Origin: an uncultured Chloroflexia bacterium
GTDB lineage: Bacteria; Chloroflexota; Anaerolineae; CG2-30-64-16
Assembly (NCBI GenBank): GCA_963774265.1
Contig: CAVZDU010000001.1
Span: forward strand, 608,001 to 672,000
DNA length: 64,000 nucleotides
Reading direction: 5' to 3'
The notes beneath the pieces were generated by a model, which had not been told where the DNA came from, ran no database searches, and saw only the letters and a program-made list of their open reading frames with translations. Position 1 is the first letter of the stretch. The number at the start of each line of letters is the position of its first letter. A program made the position numbers and the translations under genes. Positions 31,964 to 44,200 of the stretch are shown here, in pieces.

Positions 31964-32709
31964 TGCGGCGCCGCGATCTCCTGCTCGGCTCTCTCGCCCT
32001 GCTGATCGTGTGGCAGTTGCTGAGTTGGCTCCTGCGCACCGAGACGTTCCCGGGTCCGTGGGCGACCGCCCAGGCGTTCGTGGCCGCAATCCCGCGCGGC
32101 CTGGCGCGGCACTTTTTGGTGAGCGGCTATCGCGTGATAGCGGGCATCGCCCTCGCCATGCTGGCGGGAGTGCCCTCGGGACTCATGCTAGGCCAAAGTC
32201 CGGCGCTCAACCGTTTCTTCTCGCCCATCCTCTACATCACCTACCCCATCCCCAAGATCGTGTTCCTGCCCGTGATCCTCTTACTGTTCGGCATCGGCGA
32301 CACGAGCAAAATCGTCATCATCTTCCTGATCCTGTTCTTCCAGATCTTGGTGGTCGTGCGTGACCAGGCGGCCGCGCTGCGGCCCGAGCTGATCTACTCG
32401 GTCCGTTCGCTCGGTGCGGGCCGCCGGGCCCTTTTCCGGTTCGTCTACCTGCCCGCCACAGTGCCTGCCGCGCTCACTGCCCTGCGCGTGAGTATCGGTA
32501 CAGCCGTGGCGGTGCTTTTCTTTGCCGAGACGTTTGCGACCACGGCCGGCCTCGGCTACTATATCATCGTTGACAGTTGGGGCCGGTTGGCCTATGCGGA
32601 CATGTATGCTGGCGTCGCGGCCCTGAGCTTGTTGGGCTTGTTGCTCTATTTTTTGGTCGATCGAGTGGAGCGGTGGTTGGCTCCGTGGATGTTCCTGACT
32701 GACGCGTAG
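31960..32709 (+). CDS. NitT/TauT-family ABC permease
   Basis: YPIPKI..P, GIGDTSK, RSLGA EAA loop, GLGY. Confidence 0.88.
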   Translation: MMRRRDLLLGSLALLIVWQLLSWLLRTETFPGPWATAQAFVAAIPRGLARHFLVSGYRVIAGIALAMLAGVPSGLMLGQSPALNRFFSPILYITYPIPKIVFLPVILLLFGIGDTSKIVIIFLILFFQILVVVRDQAAALRPELIYSVRSLGAGRRALFRFVYLPATVPAALTALRVSIGTAVAVLFFAETFATTAGLGYYIIVDSWGRLAYADMYAGVAALSLLGLLLYFLVDRVERWLAPWMFLTDA

Positions 32710-33438
32710 ATGGGTGAGACTGTGGCTGATCCGAATACGGTCCTGCCTCCTCCTGAGGAGAAACGCTCGTACGTCCGGCAGATGTTTACGGATATCGCGC
32801 CTCGGTACGACTTGATGAACCGTTTGATGACGTTTGGCCGCGACCAGGTGTGGCGGCGGACCGTCGTGCGGCTCTGCAACTTGCCGCGTGGCGGCAGGCT
32901 CCTCGATGTCGCGACCGGCACCGGTGACATCGGTTACGAGGCGCTCAAACAGGACGCGACGACCCGCGTGGTGGGCATGGACCTGACGCGTGAAATGATG
33001 GTGCGGGGACGGGGTAAGGTGGCCGGCTTATCGTTCCCGTTTGCCGAGGGTGACGCCCTTGCGCTGCCCTTCGGCGATGACATGTTTGACGCGGCCACAT
33101 CGGGCTTCATGATGCGCAATGTGACCGACATCCGTCGTGCATTTCAGGAGCAGATGCGTGTGGTCAAGCCAGGCGGTCGCGTGATCTGTCTGGAGATCAC
33201 CTTGCCGAACACGCCGGTGTTTGGCGCGTTGTTTCGCCTCTATTTCTTCAAGATCGTGCCATTCGTCGGTGGGATCATCAGTGGTCAGCGGTCCGCCTAC
33301 ACTTACCTTCCGCATTCGGCGCTCAAATTTCCGCGGCCGGCTGAGCTTGCGCGTATCATGACGTCAGCCGGGCTGCGCGACGTGCGTTACCGCCTCGCCA
33401 TGTTGGGCACGGTAGCGGTGCACTGGGGGACCAAATGA
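32710..33438 (+). CDS. menG: UbiE/MenG quinone C-methyltransferase
   Basis: FTDIAPRYDLMN, LDVATGTGD, GDALALPF, RVVKPGG, AYTYLPHS. Confidence 0.88.
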   Translation: MGETVADPNTVLPPPEEKRSYVRQMFTDIAPRYDLMNRLMTFGRDQVWRRTVVRLCNLPRGGRLLDVATGTGDIGYEALKQDATTRVVGMDLTREMMVRGRGKVAGLSFPFAEGDALALPFGDDMFDAATSGFMMRNVTDIRRAFQEQMRVVKPGGRVICLEITLPNTPVFGALFRLYFFKIVPFVGGIISGQRSAYTYLPHSALKFPRPAELARIMTSAGLRDVRYRLAMLGTVAVHWGTK

Positions 33439-34028
33439 AGCGCTTGATTATCGCCATGTCCGGTGCGTCCGGCCAGATCTACGGCATCCGGCTCCTCGAA
33501 GTACTCAAGGAGGCGCCGGAGATCGAGACGCATCTGGTGATGAGCCAGGCCGCGCGCATGACGATCGTCCAGGAGACCGACTACGATCCGCGTGATGTCG
33601 AGGCGCTTGCCACCGTCTCCTATCGGCCGGGTGACATCGGCGCGGCCATCGCCAGCGGTTCGTATGAGACCGCGGGAATGATCGTCGCGCCTTGCAGCAT
33701 CAAGAGCCTGTCTTCGATTGCGAATAGCATTGGGGATGATCTCATCACCCGCGCCGCCGATGTGCAGATGAAGGAGGGCCGGCCCGTGGTGCTCATGGTG
33801 CGCGAGACGCCGCTGCACCTGGGACATTTGGAGCAGATGGCCCAGGCCGCGCGTATCGGTTACATCATTTTTCCCCCTGTTCCCGCCTTTTACGGCCGCC
33901 CCAAAACGCTGGATGACCTGGTCAATGGCACCGTTGGCCGGGTCCTGGCACGCATCGGGTTCGACAATGACCTCTACACCCGTTGGCTCGGCATGCGAGA
34001 AGCCTCAAAGCAAATATTTCATAGTTGA
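33435..34028 (+). CDS. ubiX: flavin prenyltransferase
   Basis: SGASG, IASGS, APCSIKSL, RAADV..KE, RETPL, PPVPAFY. Confidence 0.93.
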   Translation: MKRLIIAMSGASGQIYGIRLLEVLKEAPEIETHLVMSQAARMTIVQETDYDPRDVEALATVSYRPGDIGAAIASGSYETAGMIVAPCSIKSLSSIANSIGDDLITRAADVQMKEGRPVVLMVRETPLHLGHLEQMAQAARIGYIIFPPVPAFYGRPKTLDDLVNGTVGRVLARIGFDNDLYTRWLGMREASKQIFHS

Positions 34029-34053
34029 CAATCTCCTCATTATCCAGTATATA
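34025..34053 (+). promoter_or_regulatory. sigma70 promoter
   Basis: TTGACA, 17 nt, TATATA upstream of the 34119 gene. Confidence 0.55.
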
Positions 34054-34118
34054 GTATATAACTTTCGCCGAAATCGTTGCGAAGGAGACCTCATAACGCG
34101 CATGCGGAGGGTATCGCC

Positions 34119-35354
34119 ATGGCAACACGGAACAGTGGAAAATCCAGTGCAGGCCGCAACGGCGTCGGCAGCCCGGCCAGCGTCACCCCGGTTAGCGAAG
34201 CACAGGTCGACATCGATGCAGAGCTTGCAGCATTATTGGAAAGTGAGACGATTGCAGCGGAAACACCTGAACACGGCGCCCTCCCGAAGGACGAGAAGGT
34301 CCCTGCGGTGGGTGCGACGGGAGCAGACGATGTGCGAGACGTCAGGGCCCCCTTCGGGAGTCAGGCCGTTTCCTCCTCCGGCGCTGGCAGCTATCTCTCA
34401 ACGCTGCCGGAACGTCCGTTGCCGGTCACGCGGCGTTTTGGAGCCATTATTATGGACGCACCCGTGCGATCGACGAGCGGTACAGAGATCGCAACCGGCC
34501 TCCCCGACCCCCGGACGGTGCCGCCGGGGCCTGGCAAGGAGACAGAGGAGAACACTCCCCTGCCTGCCGTCGTCATCCGCACTGAGGACCAGAAGTCGAG
34601 CGTCATCAAGCGGCTGGACACGGTGCGCGATACGGAATGGCAGCGGAAATTCCACGCGCAGATCGACCAGCTCTACAAGCAGCTATCTGAGGAATACAGC
34701 ACACCGCCGGATATCGCCCAGAAGTTGCTGGGCATGCTCCGCGAGGCGCGTCAGTTGATGATCGATACGCCCGAGGAGTTTGGCAATGCGGAGTACCGGG
34801 TGATGCAGGTGGCAACCTCGATCGCACGCCGCCGTCAGAGCCGCAGCCAGGCTCGTTTCTTTGGTCCCTGGTTGTTCCTGTATCTGTCGTTTTGGCTTGC
34901 GGTTTTCGTCGCCGGGTTGCTGTTCGCCAACCAGGTGACCGACTATGTGCGCCTGTGGAGCCGGATTTCCGAGCCGCAGTTAGCAAATCTGGACCCCATC
35001 TTCAATACGATGCTCTGGGGCGGCATCGGCGGTGTAGTTGGCGCTATGTACGCGTTGTGGTACCACATCGCGGACCGGCAAGACTTCGACAAGCACTACA
35101 GCATGTGGTATCACGTGCAGCCACTGATGGGGTTGGTGCTCGGCGCGATCACCTTCCTGATTCTGGCAGGTGGGTTCCTGGTCGTCCAGGTCAACCTGGC
35201 AGATGCCAACGCCAGCACCGGCGCACGCCTCATCCCCTACCTGGTCGCAGTGCTTGCCGGGTTCAAGCAGGATTTCGTCTACGAACAGCTTGAGCGCGTC
35301 GTTTCGATTTTCGCGCCCGGCTCGGCAAAGACGGAGTCTTCGGAAATGAAGTAA
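34119..35354 (+). CDS. hypothetical membrane protein (disordered N-terminus, helical middle, about four C-terminal TM segments)
   Basis: long ORF with SD ggagg; GGIGGVVGA..QPLMG..VAVLAGF. Confidence 0.75.
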   Translation: MATRNSGKSSAGRNGVGSPASVTPVSEAQVDIDAELAALLESETIAAETPEHGALPKDEKVPAVGATGADDVRDVRAPFGSQAVSSSGAGSYLSTLPERPLPVTRRFGAIIMDAPVRSTSGTEIATGLPDPRTVPPGPGKETEENTPLPAVVIRTEDQKSSVIKRLDTVRDTEWQRKFHAQIDQLYKQLSEEYSTPPDIAQKLLGMLREARQLMIDTPEEFGNAEYRVMQVATSIARRRQSRSQARFFGPWLFLYLSFWLAVFVAGLLFANQVTDYVRLWSRISEPQLANLDPIFNTMLWGGIGGVVGAMYALWYHIADRQDFDKHYSMWYHVQPLMGLVLGAITFLILAGGFLVVQVNLADANASTGARLIPYLVAVLAGFKQDFVYEQLERVVSIFAPGSAKTESSEMK

Positions 35355-35359
35355 CTCCT

Positions 35360-35431
35360 ACCACGAAGACATCAAGACACCAAGTCCACCAAGAAGTCCA
35401 GTGGTGCTTCGTGTCCTGGAGTCTTCGTGGT
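35360..35431. repeat. long imperfect palindrome built from 8-nt acac(g/c)aag units
   Basis: accacgaagac...gtcttcgtggt; about 25-bp imperfect arms between convergent genes. Confidence 0.7.
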
Positions 35432-35802
35432 TAATCCTCGTCCCAGATGACCTCGGTCACGGAATACGCGGGTGCGCAAGTGACGATGAGCACCAGGTCC
35501 TCCGGTCCATCGGCCCACACCTTGTGCCGCTGCCCGGGCCGAATAATGACCGTGTCCCCTGGCTGTACAGCCCGCGTCTCGTCGTCCACGCGAATCCGGC
35601 CCGCGCCCGATCGCACGAAATACACCTCATCCGCCACAGTGTGGTGGTGTTCGACGGTCGACATGCCGGCCGGGTGGGTGATGATCGCCAGGCTGTGGCT
35701 GTTCAGCCCGGTGCTCCGGCCGCCTACTTCTCGTATGCGCGCCCCATCCGCGCCGACAAACTCGGGCACGTCCGCCTGGCTTCGAAATACACCCGCGCTC
35801 AT
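35431..35802 (-). CDS. cupin-domain protein
   Basis: [22 protein letters not shown]; start overlaps the murA stop. Confidence 0.85.
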   Translation of the reverse strand: MSAGVFRSQADVPEFVGADGARIREVGGRSTGLNSHSLAIITHPAGMSTVEHHHTVADEVYFVRSGAGRIRVDDETRAVQPGDTVIIRPGQRHKVWADGPEDLVLIVTCAPAYSVTEVIWDED

Positions 35803-37085
35803 ATCTGCACACGTGTTATCTGCGCGCCCAGCGCCTGGAGCTTGTGGTCGATGTCCTGATAACCCCGGTCGATCTGGCCCACGTTGGCGATGGTGCTCTC
35901 TCCGCGAGCCGCCAGAGCGGCGATCAACAGGGCCATCCCCGCGCGGATGTCGGGGCTGGAAAGCTCCTGACCATGCAGCGGTGATGGGCCGACAATGACC
36001 GCCCGGTGCGGGTCGCACAGGATGATTTTTGCACCCATGCCGATGAGCTTATCCACGAAGTAGAGCCTGCTCTCGAACATCTTCTCGTGCAACAGAATGG
36101 TGCCGTGCGCCTGGGTGGCCACGATGAGAGCGATGCTCATCAGGTCCGCGGGGAACTGCGGCCACGGTGCGTCGTCGATCTTGGGCACCGCGCCACCCAG
36201 GTCCTCGCGGATCGACAGGTCCTGCTCGTCTGCGACAATGAGGGTGTCACCCTCAACGCGCAAGCGCACCCCCAGCCGCTCCCGGAACGTCCAGTTGATC
36301 ATGCGCATGTGCTCCGGCACAATGCCATGTATGCGGATCTCGCCGCGCGTGACTGCACCCAGGCCGAGGAAGCTGCCCACCTCGAGGTAATCGGGTGAAA
36401 TGGTGAAGTCGCCGCCGCCCAGCCGGTCCACACCGTGGATGATGATGGCGTTCGTGCCTACGCCATCGATGTGGGCGCCGATGCAGTTGAGCATGTTGCA
36501 CAGGTCCTGCACATGTGGTTCACACGCCGCGTTGCGGATGATCGTAACACCCTTGGCCAGCACAGCCGCCATGACTGCATTCTCGGTGCCGGTGACGCTG
36601 GCCTCATCCAGCATGATGTCTGCCCCGAGCAGGCCACCGGGCGCGCGCATGGTGAAGTCCTTGGTATTGAAGTCGACTTCGGCGCCCAGCGACTGCAGCG
36701 CCAGCATGTGCGTGTCGACCCGGCGTCTGCCGATGCGGTCACCGCCGGGGATTGGCAAGACGGCCTGCCCGAACCTCCCGAGCAGCGGCCCGGCCAGAAG
36801 CATCGAGCCGCGGATTTGTTGAAACAGCTCGGGCCTCGGCCGTTCAAACCGCGCATTTTCCGCGCACAGACGCACCGTTGCGCCTTCGTCTTTCACCGTC
36901 ACGCCCATGTCCGCAAGCAACTGGAGCATGGTGCCCACGTCGCCGATGCGCGGCACGTTCCGCAGGATAACTTCACCTTCGGTCAGGAACACGGCGGCCA
37001 GGAGAGGCAGGGCCGCGTTCTTGTTGCCTGCCGGCGTCACGTCGCCGGCCAGGGGATGTCCGCCCTCGATGACGAATTTCTCCAT
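35799..37085 (-). CDS. murA: UDP-N-acetylglucosamine 1-carboxyvinyltransferase
   Basis: [44 protein letters not shown]. Confidence 0.95.
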   Translation of the reverse strand: MEKFVIEGGHPLAGDVTPAGNKNAALPLLAAVFLTEGEVILRNVPRIGDVGTMLQLLADMGVTVKDEGATVRLCAENARFERPRPELFQQIRGSMLLAGPLLGRFGQAVLPIPGGDRIGRRRVDTHMLALQSLGAEVDFNTKDFTMRAPGGLLGADIMLDEASVTGTENAVMAAVLAKGVTIIRNAACEPHVQDLCNMLNCIGAHIDGVGTNAIIIHGVDRLGGGDFTISPDYLEVGSFLGLGAVTRGEIRIHGIVPEHMRMINWTFRERLGVRLRVEGDTLIVADEQDLSIREDLGGAVPKIDDAPWPQFPADLMSIALIVATQAHGTILLHEKMFESRLYFVDKLIGMGAKIILCDPHRAVIVGPSPLHGQELSSPDIRAGMALLIAALAARGESTIANVGQIDRGYQDIDHKLQALGAQITRVQI

Positions 37086-37096
37086 GGGTTGCTCCT

Positions 37097-37870
37097 TTAG
37101 CTGATCCACAATCTAAGCTGCGCACCGGCGCGTACACCGAGGAGCTGGGCTGCATTGCCTTCACGGACGGCGATCTCCGCGGTGCCGTTGCTGCTGATGA
37201 CGAAGAGTAGTTCCCCGGGTTCTGTCGTGGCGTAGGCCTGGCTGGGCCCTGAGATGCGTTCGCCGCCCACCTCGCAGGTCCAGATCGCATCGCCGAACCA
37301 GCTGGCTGGGATATTGCTGATCAGGTTGCCGAAGCGGTCTACGTGGATGACGTGTCCATGAATCTCGCCGTTCCCCAATCGGCCGGCCATCAGCCGTGGA
37401 CGGCGCACAGGGTCATCGATGCGTGTGCCAAGCTGCGCCGGGCCCACGCCACGAGCTCGATGTGCGGCGACAGGCGCGAAGATGTCGCGGCCGTGAAATG
37501 TACGGCTGATCTCAGGCAGCCAGAAAGCGGATCGATCGAGCGCCCAGGCCTGCGCGCCGGGTTCGTTCAGGACAAACGAGAAGATGCCGTTGTCGGGCCC
37601 GACAAAGGACGCTCGCGCTATGGTGACCAGCAGGGGGCGCCGATCGCTTCCAACGCCCGGGTCCACGATGACCAGGTGCACTGTGCCGTCCGGAAAGAAG
37701 GGGACCGCGCTCCTGAGCGTGTACGCGGCCTCATCGATGTCTTGCGGGGGGATGTCGTGGCCCAAGTCCACCAGTTGCGCGTCGGGCGCGATGCCGAGAA
37801 TGACGCCCTTCATGATGCCCACGTAAGGGTCCAGCAGACCGAAGTCACTCGTCAGGGTGATGATCGTCAT
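37097..37870 (-). CDS. SAM hydroxide adenosyltransferase / chlorinase family (DUF62)
   Basis: [35 protein letters not shown]. Confidence 0.92.
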   Translation of the reverse strand: MTIITLTSDFGLLDPYVGIMKGVILGIAPDAQLVDLGHDIPPQDIDEAAYTLRSAVPFFPDGTVHLVIVDPGVGSDRRPLLVTIARASFVGPDNGIFSFVLNEPGAQAWALDRSAFWLPEISRTFHGRDIFAPVAAHRARGVGPAQLGTRIDDPVRRPRLMAGRLGNGEIHGHVIHVDRFGNLISNIPASWFGDAIWTCEVGGERISGPSQAYATTEPGELLFVISSNGTAEIAVREGNAAQLLGVRAGAQLRLWIS

Positions 37871-37999
37871 AGCTTAAACAGGATTATACCATTTCGTTTT
37901 TGCGTCGTCAATCCGCCATTTCTGAGCCTCCGGATCAAACATGCGTGCTATCCCGGGGCCGATAAAGCGCAGCCGAAGTTTAAGAAATCACAGGAGTTA

Positions 38000-38015
38000 T
38001 GGTAAAATAGTTCGG
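38000..38015 (+). promoter_or_regulatory. extended -10 promoter, probably leaderless
   Basis: TG-G-TAAAAT (38000-38008), 7 nt, ATG at 38016. Confidence 0.55.
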
Positions 38016-39138
38016 ATGAAAGCTAGAGCGATTCCGCGCACCGGTATTATCGATGCAATGGCAACAGGCCTGAACGAAGCCGCGCGGCGGCCATGGCTGT
38101 GGATTGTACCGTTCCTGGTGGACCTGGCCCTGTGGCTGGCGCCGAAGTTTTCGATTGCTGTGTTGACCGAGCAACTGATGTCGGCTTGGAAAGCGATGTT
38201 GCCGCTGGTCTATACCGCGGATCAAATGGCTCGCGTCCAAGAGGGCATCGACTTGGTGCAGACGGGTATGATCGAGGTGGGCAAGAGCATCAACCTGGGC
38301 GCTGTGTTGACAGCCGGCTGGCTTGCGCCGCCGAGTGCACTGGCCTCGATGCAGTCCACGCGCTGATTTGTTGATCAGCGACGCGGTGCTTGCTCCGCTC
38401 AGTTTGGGATTCCAGGTCAAGCCCCTCGATCCCTCACCATGGCAGGGCAACGCGCTTCAGGTCGGTTCGGTTCTCGGCGTCGTCGCTATTGTCATTGTGC
38501 TGTGGATCATCGGCCACCTCTTGACGGCGCTGTATTTTCGCATCATCGCACACAGCCAGCCAAGGGGACAGACGGCCGAGGCGTACGGCGCGTTACCTGC
38601 ATCCCGGCAGCCGGTGGCGGAAAGCCAGAGGAGATTGCTCGACGGTTGGCTGCCTTTGGCCGGTCGTTTTGCAGTCGTAAGCCTGTTTGCCTCGGTTGTG
38701 ACGTTTTTCTTGCGGATCCCGTTGGCGCTGGTCACGGCGTTGGCGGTTTTCTCGAACAGCGCCGTCGCGCAGGTCCTGTTCATGCTGACGGGTGGCATCA
38801 CCTTGTGGTTGACTACGTGGTTTTTGAGTGCGCTATACTTTGTCGGCGATGCCCTGGCCTTCGAACATCAGCCCTTGTCGGTCAGTCTGGCGCAGAGTCT
38901 CATCCTGGCGCGGAGCAATGGTTTCAGGGTGTTGGCCCTGGCGACGGTGGTTAATCTGTTGATGCTTGGGGCACGCGGAGTGTGGGGACTCGTTGGCAGC
39001 AACCCCGCCGGCGCGGTGTTGGCGATCATCATCAACAGTTACCTTGCGACGGCCATGGTCATCGGTATTTATGCCTATTATAAGGACATCCGCCGGCACT
39101 GGCAGGCTGCCCAGGTGAGCCGGCAGGTAAGCAAGTAA
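38016..39138 (+). CDS. hypothetical multi-TM membrane protein; frameshift near 38360
   Basis: two abutting hydrophobic ORFs (37941..38366 and 38323..39138) that read as one protein. Confidence 0.65.
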
Positions 39139-39159
39139 GGAAAATCCAGGAGTTCTAAC

Positions 39160-41179
<2,020 letters not shown>

Positions 41180-41422
41180 TAGACCTGACTCCCTGCCCCA
41201 CCCCTCCTCCATCACCGGCCTGTATTCGGTCCACAAGCACCAGTGTCATGAAGAGTGAAATGATCTGGCAAGCGTCTCGTTAGCGAGCTCGCCGATCAGC
41301 CTGAACGACTACCCTAAGCGTTGGGCTGGCCACGCAGCTACACCAACATGACGCATGTCATAGCCAAGCCCGTGGAGCAGTAGTATAAATATGCAGTAAT
41401 CTCTATATAGAGGGCTCCGCAT

Positions 41423-41773
41423 ATGGATACATATCACAACCAGGCCAAATTGCTGAAGCTGCTGGCGCATCCCATGCGCCTGCAAATTCTTAGACAGGTG
41501 CGCCGCTCGGACGAGTGCGTCTGTCACCTGTCAGCCGTCCTCGACAAGCCCCAACCCTACGTTTCCCAACAGCTCGCCATCCTGCGCGAAGCCGGTCTGA
41601 TCGTCGACCACAGAGACGGCACCAACGTTTTCTACGGGCTGGACGGCGGGAGCTGCGCGCAAATGCTTAACGAAGTCCTCAGCGCACTGTTCGTCGATGA
41701 TGGGACTGACCTGTCACCCGTACACGAGCGGGTCGCGGGCTGCTGTTGTCCCAAGTGCCTCGCTGAGTCTTGA
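41423..41773 (+). CDS. arsR: ArsR/SmtB-family regulator
   Basis: LAHPMRLQIL, ECVCHL, SQQLAILREAGLI; C-terminal CCCPKC. Confidence 0.9.
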   Translation: MDTYHNQAKLLKLLAHPMRLQILRQVRRSDECVCHLSAVLDKPQPYVSQQLAILREAGLIVDHRDGTNVFYGLDGGSCAQMLNEVLSALFVDDGTDLSPVHERVAGCCCPKCLAES

Positions 41774-41836
41774 TCGCCTGGCATCCGTATGATGTCAGCT
41801 CTCACCATTCTGTTTATACCCAAGGAGATTTCACCC

Positions 41837-42097
41837 ATGGCCCTGCACATCAAAATCCTCGGTGGCGGCTGCGCCAACTGCGACCGGCTCGCGCAGAACA
41901 CCAAACAGGCCGTCGCCCAACTGGGCGTTGAGGCCACCTTCGAGAAGAGCGGCGACTACGCGGAATACGAGCGCTACGGACTGCTCGCTACGCCCGGGCT
42001 CGTCGCGAACGACCGGCTTCTCAGTGGCGGCCGCGTGCCCTCGCCGGCGCAAATCGTCACGCTCCTGGCCAACGTCCTAGCCGCTGAAACGGAATAG
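41837..42097 (+). CDS. small thioredoxin-fold redox protein (MTH895-like)
   Basis: IKILGGGCANC..TPGL..GRVPS. Confidence 0.88.
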   Translation: MALHIKILGGGCANCDRLAQNTKQAVAQLGVEATFEKSGDYAEYERYGLLATPGLVANDRLLSGGRVPSPAQIVTLLANVLAAETE

Positions 42098-42133
42098 ACG
42101 CACTCATTTAGACAGACAAGGAGATTCTTTCCC

Positions 42134-43282
42134 ATGTCGCACTCCGCTGAAGCCACCATTGCCCCTGTCGCACCAAAACGACTCTCGACGCTGGATCGTT
42201 TCCTGACCCTGTGGATTTTCCTCGCAATGGCCGTCGGCGTCGCCATCGGCTACCTGATTCCCGGCGTGGAAGCCTTCATCAATCGCTTCCAGGTCGGCTC
42301 CACCAACATCCCGATCGCCATCGGTCTGATCCTGATGATGTACCCGCCCTTCGCCAAGGTGAAGTATGAGCGGCTGCCCGAGGTCTTTCGCAACGTCAAG
42401 GTGCTGGGCATCTCGCTGCTGCAGAACTGGATCATCGGCCCGATCCTTATGTTCGTGTTGGCCATTGTTTTCCTGCGCAACTTCCCTGAATACATGATCG
42501 GCCTCATCCTGATCGGCCTGGCCCGCTGCATCGCGATGGTCATCGTCTGGAATGAGCTGGCCAAGGGTGACACCGAATACGCGGCCGGGCTCGTGGCGTT
42601 CAACAGCGTGTTCCAGGTGCTCTTCTACAGCGTCTATGCGTACATCTTTATCACCGTGCTGCCGCAAGCGCTCGGCCTGGAGAGCGCAGTGGTCAAGATC
42701 AGCATCGGCGAACTGGCCAAGACCGTCTTTATCTACCTGGGAATCCCCATGATCGCCGGTTTCGCCTCGCGCTTCTTCCTGCTGCGCGTGAAGGGACGGG
42801 AATGGTACGAGAAGAAGTTCATTCCGCGCATCAGCCCACTCACGCTGATCGCCCTGCTGTTCACGATCCTGGTGATGTTCAGCCTGAAGGGCAATCTGAT
42901 CGTGCAGCTCCCGTTGGATGTGGTGCGTATCGCGATCCCGTTGGTGATCTACTTCGTGATCATGTTCCTGGTCAGCTTCTGGATCGGCCACCGTGCGGGC
43001 GCGGACTACCGCATGACCACCACCATGGCCTTCACAGCGGCCAGCAACAACTTTGAACTTGCGATTGCTGTGGCAGTCGCCGTATTCGGCATCGGATCGG
43101 GCGTGGCGTTCGCTGCGGTCATCGGTCCGCTGATCGAGGTGCCGGTGATGATCGGGCTGGTCAACGTCGCGTTCGCGCTCCAGCGGCGGTGGTTCAAGCA
43201 TGAGCTGGTCACTGCACCCACGGGTCTGGTCGCTGCGGCTGAAGAGGCCTGCCTGCCACCGGTCAAGGCTAAGGGCTCTTGA
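42134..43282 (+). CDS. acr3: ACR3-family arsenite efflux permease
   Basis: [49 protein letters not shown]. Confidence 0.95.
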   Translation: MSHSAEATIAPVAPKRLSTLDRFLTLWIFLAMAVGVAIGYLIPGVEAFINRFQVGSTNIPIAIGLILMMYPPFAKVKYERLPEVFRNVKVLGISLLQNWIIGPILMFVLAIVFLRNFPEYMIGLILIGLARCIAMVIVWNELAKGDTEYAAGLVAFNSVFQVLFYSVYAYIFITVLPQALGLESAVVKISIGELAKTVFIYLGIPMIAGFASRFFLLRVKGREWYEKKFIPRISPLTLIALLFTILVMFSLKGNLIVQLPLDVVRIAIPLVIYFVIMFLVSFWIGHRAGADYRMTTTMAFTAASNNFELAIAVAVAVFGIGSGVAFAAVIGPLIEVPVMIGLVNVAFALQRRWFKHELVTAPTGLVAAAEEACLPPVKAKGS

Positions 43283-43293
43283 AAACAAGTCCT

Positions 43294-43326
43294 ACGTGCC
43301 TGGCGTTTCGCAAACGCCAGGCACGT
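43294..43326. repeat. perfect 15-bp hairpin (REP-like or terminator)
   Basis: acgtgcctggcgttt-cgc-aaacgccaggcacgt just after the acr3 stop. Confidence 0.7.
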
Positions 43327-43614
43327 GAGCGAGGTTGAGCATGCCGAGCACCGTGGGCCTGGGCCAGGCCATCCGAGAGGCGGCAGCCGGCCAGTATGTC
43401 ACTGCCCCCTGGCGCTGGACTTCGCGTCGGTGAGCAACGTGGCGCCCCACACACCCGACATGGCCGCCGAGATGCTGTGGGGCGGTGCGGCCTGGGCAGC
43501 CAGCTTCCCGGATCGTGCTGTGTCCTTGATCGGGTTCGCTGACGGATGGAAATCGAGTACGCTCGCCGTGGCGGAGCTCCCGAGGCTTCAATCCCGACCT
43601 GCGAGGAGTGCATC

Positions 43615-44160
43615 ATGCTGATTGAGCACTATGATGTGGAAATCTTCACGCCGCCCTGCGAGCCGGGCGCAGAACGTTTCTCAGCGCGCGCCCGATTGCT
43701 GATCGACATCTCGGAGGCGCTACCCTATCTCAATGCCACGTTGCGTGGGGCAGTGTACACCCAAGCGGCCGCCGCGCTGACCTGGAAGAAGGGCGGCCAC
43801 AACATCGCCTTCCACGCCTACGAGATCGCCACCAGCAACGTGGAAGACCGCGACGCGGCCATCGCCGAGCTCGAGGGCCTGGTGGACCTGGTCAATCGCA
43901 CGTGGGAGCGCCGCGCCGAGATCACGCCCGACCACGCCCTGCACCAGAGACCCACGGCTATGGCACTGTACAAGCTGCTGCCGGGCACCAATTGCCGGCT
44001 ATGCGGCCAGCCCTCTTGCTGGAACTTTGGCCTGAAGTTAGCCGCGGCTCAGGTCGAGCTGGCCACGTGCCCGCCGCTGGGTGAGCCGGCCTACGCCGAA
44101 CGGCTGGCCGCGTTGGTGGCGCTGCTCGTGCCAATGCCGGCCATCGGGCCCCGGGACTAA
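43615..44160 (+). CDS. (Fe-S)-binding protein with C-terminal CxxCxxxxC..CP domain
   Basis: LPGTNCRLCGQPSC..CPPL; N-terminal PC..ALPYLNA. Confidence 0.82.
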   Translation: MLIEHYDVEIFTPPCEPGAERFSARARLLIDISEALPYLNATLRGAVYTQAAAALTWKKGGHNIAFHAYEIATSNVEDRDAAIAELEGLVDLVNRTWERRAEITPDHALHQRPTAMALYKLLPGTNCRLCGQPSCWNFGLKLAAAQVELATCPPLGEPAYAERLAALVALLVPMPAIGPRD

Positions 44161-44200
44161 CATCACAGGTCGAGAAAGGCTCACGACAGAGGTAAGCATC

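Noticed and set aside
43341-43600. Possible small CDS after acr3 (MPSTVGLGQAIREAA...)
   Set aside because: Needs a frameshift to extend and has no recognisable family; treated only as a possible remnant.
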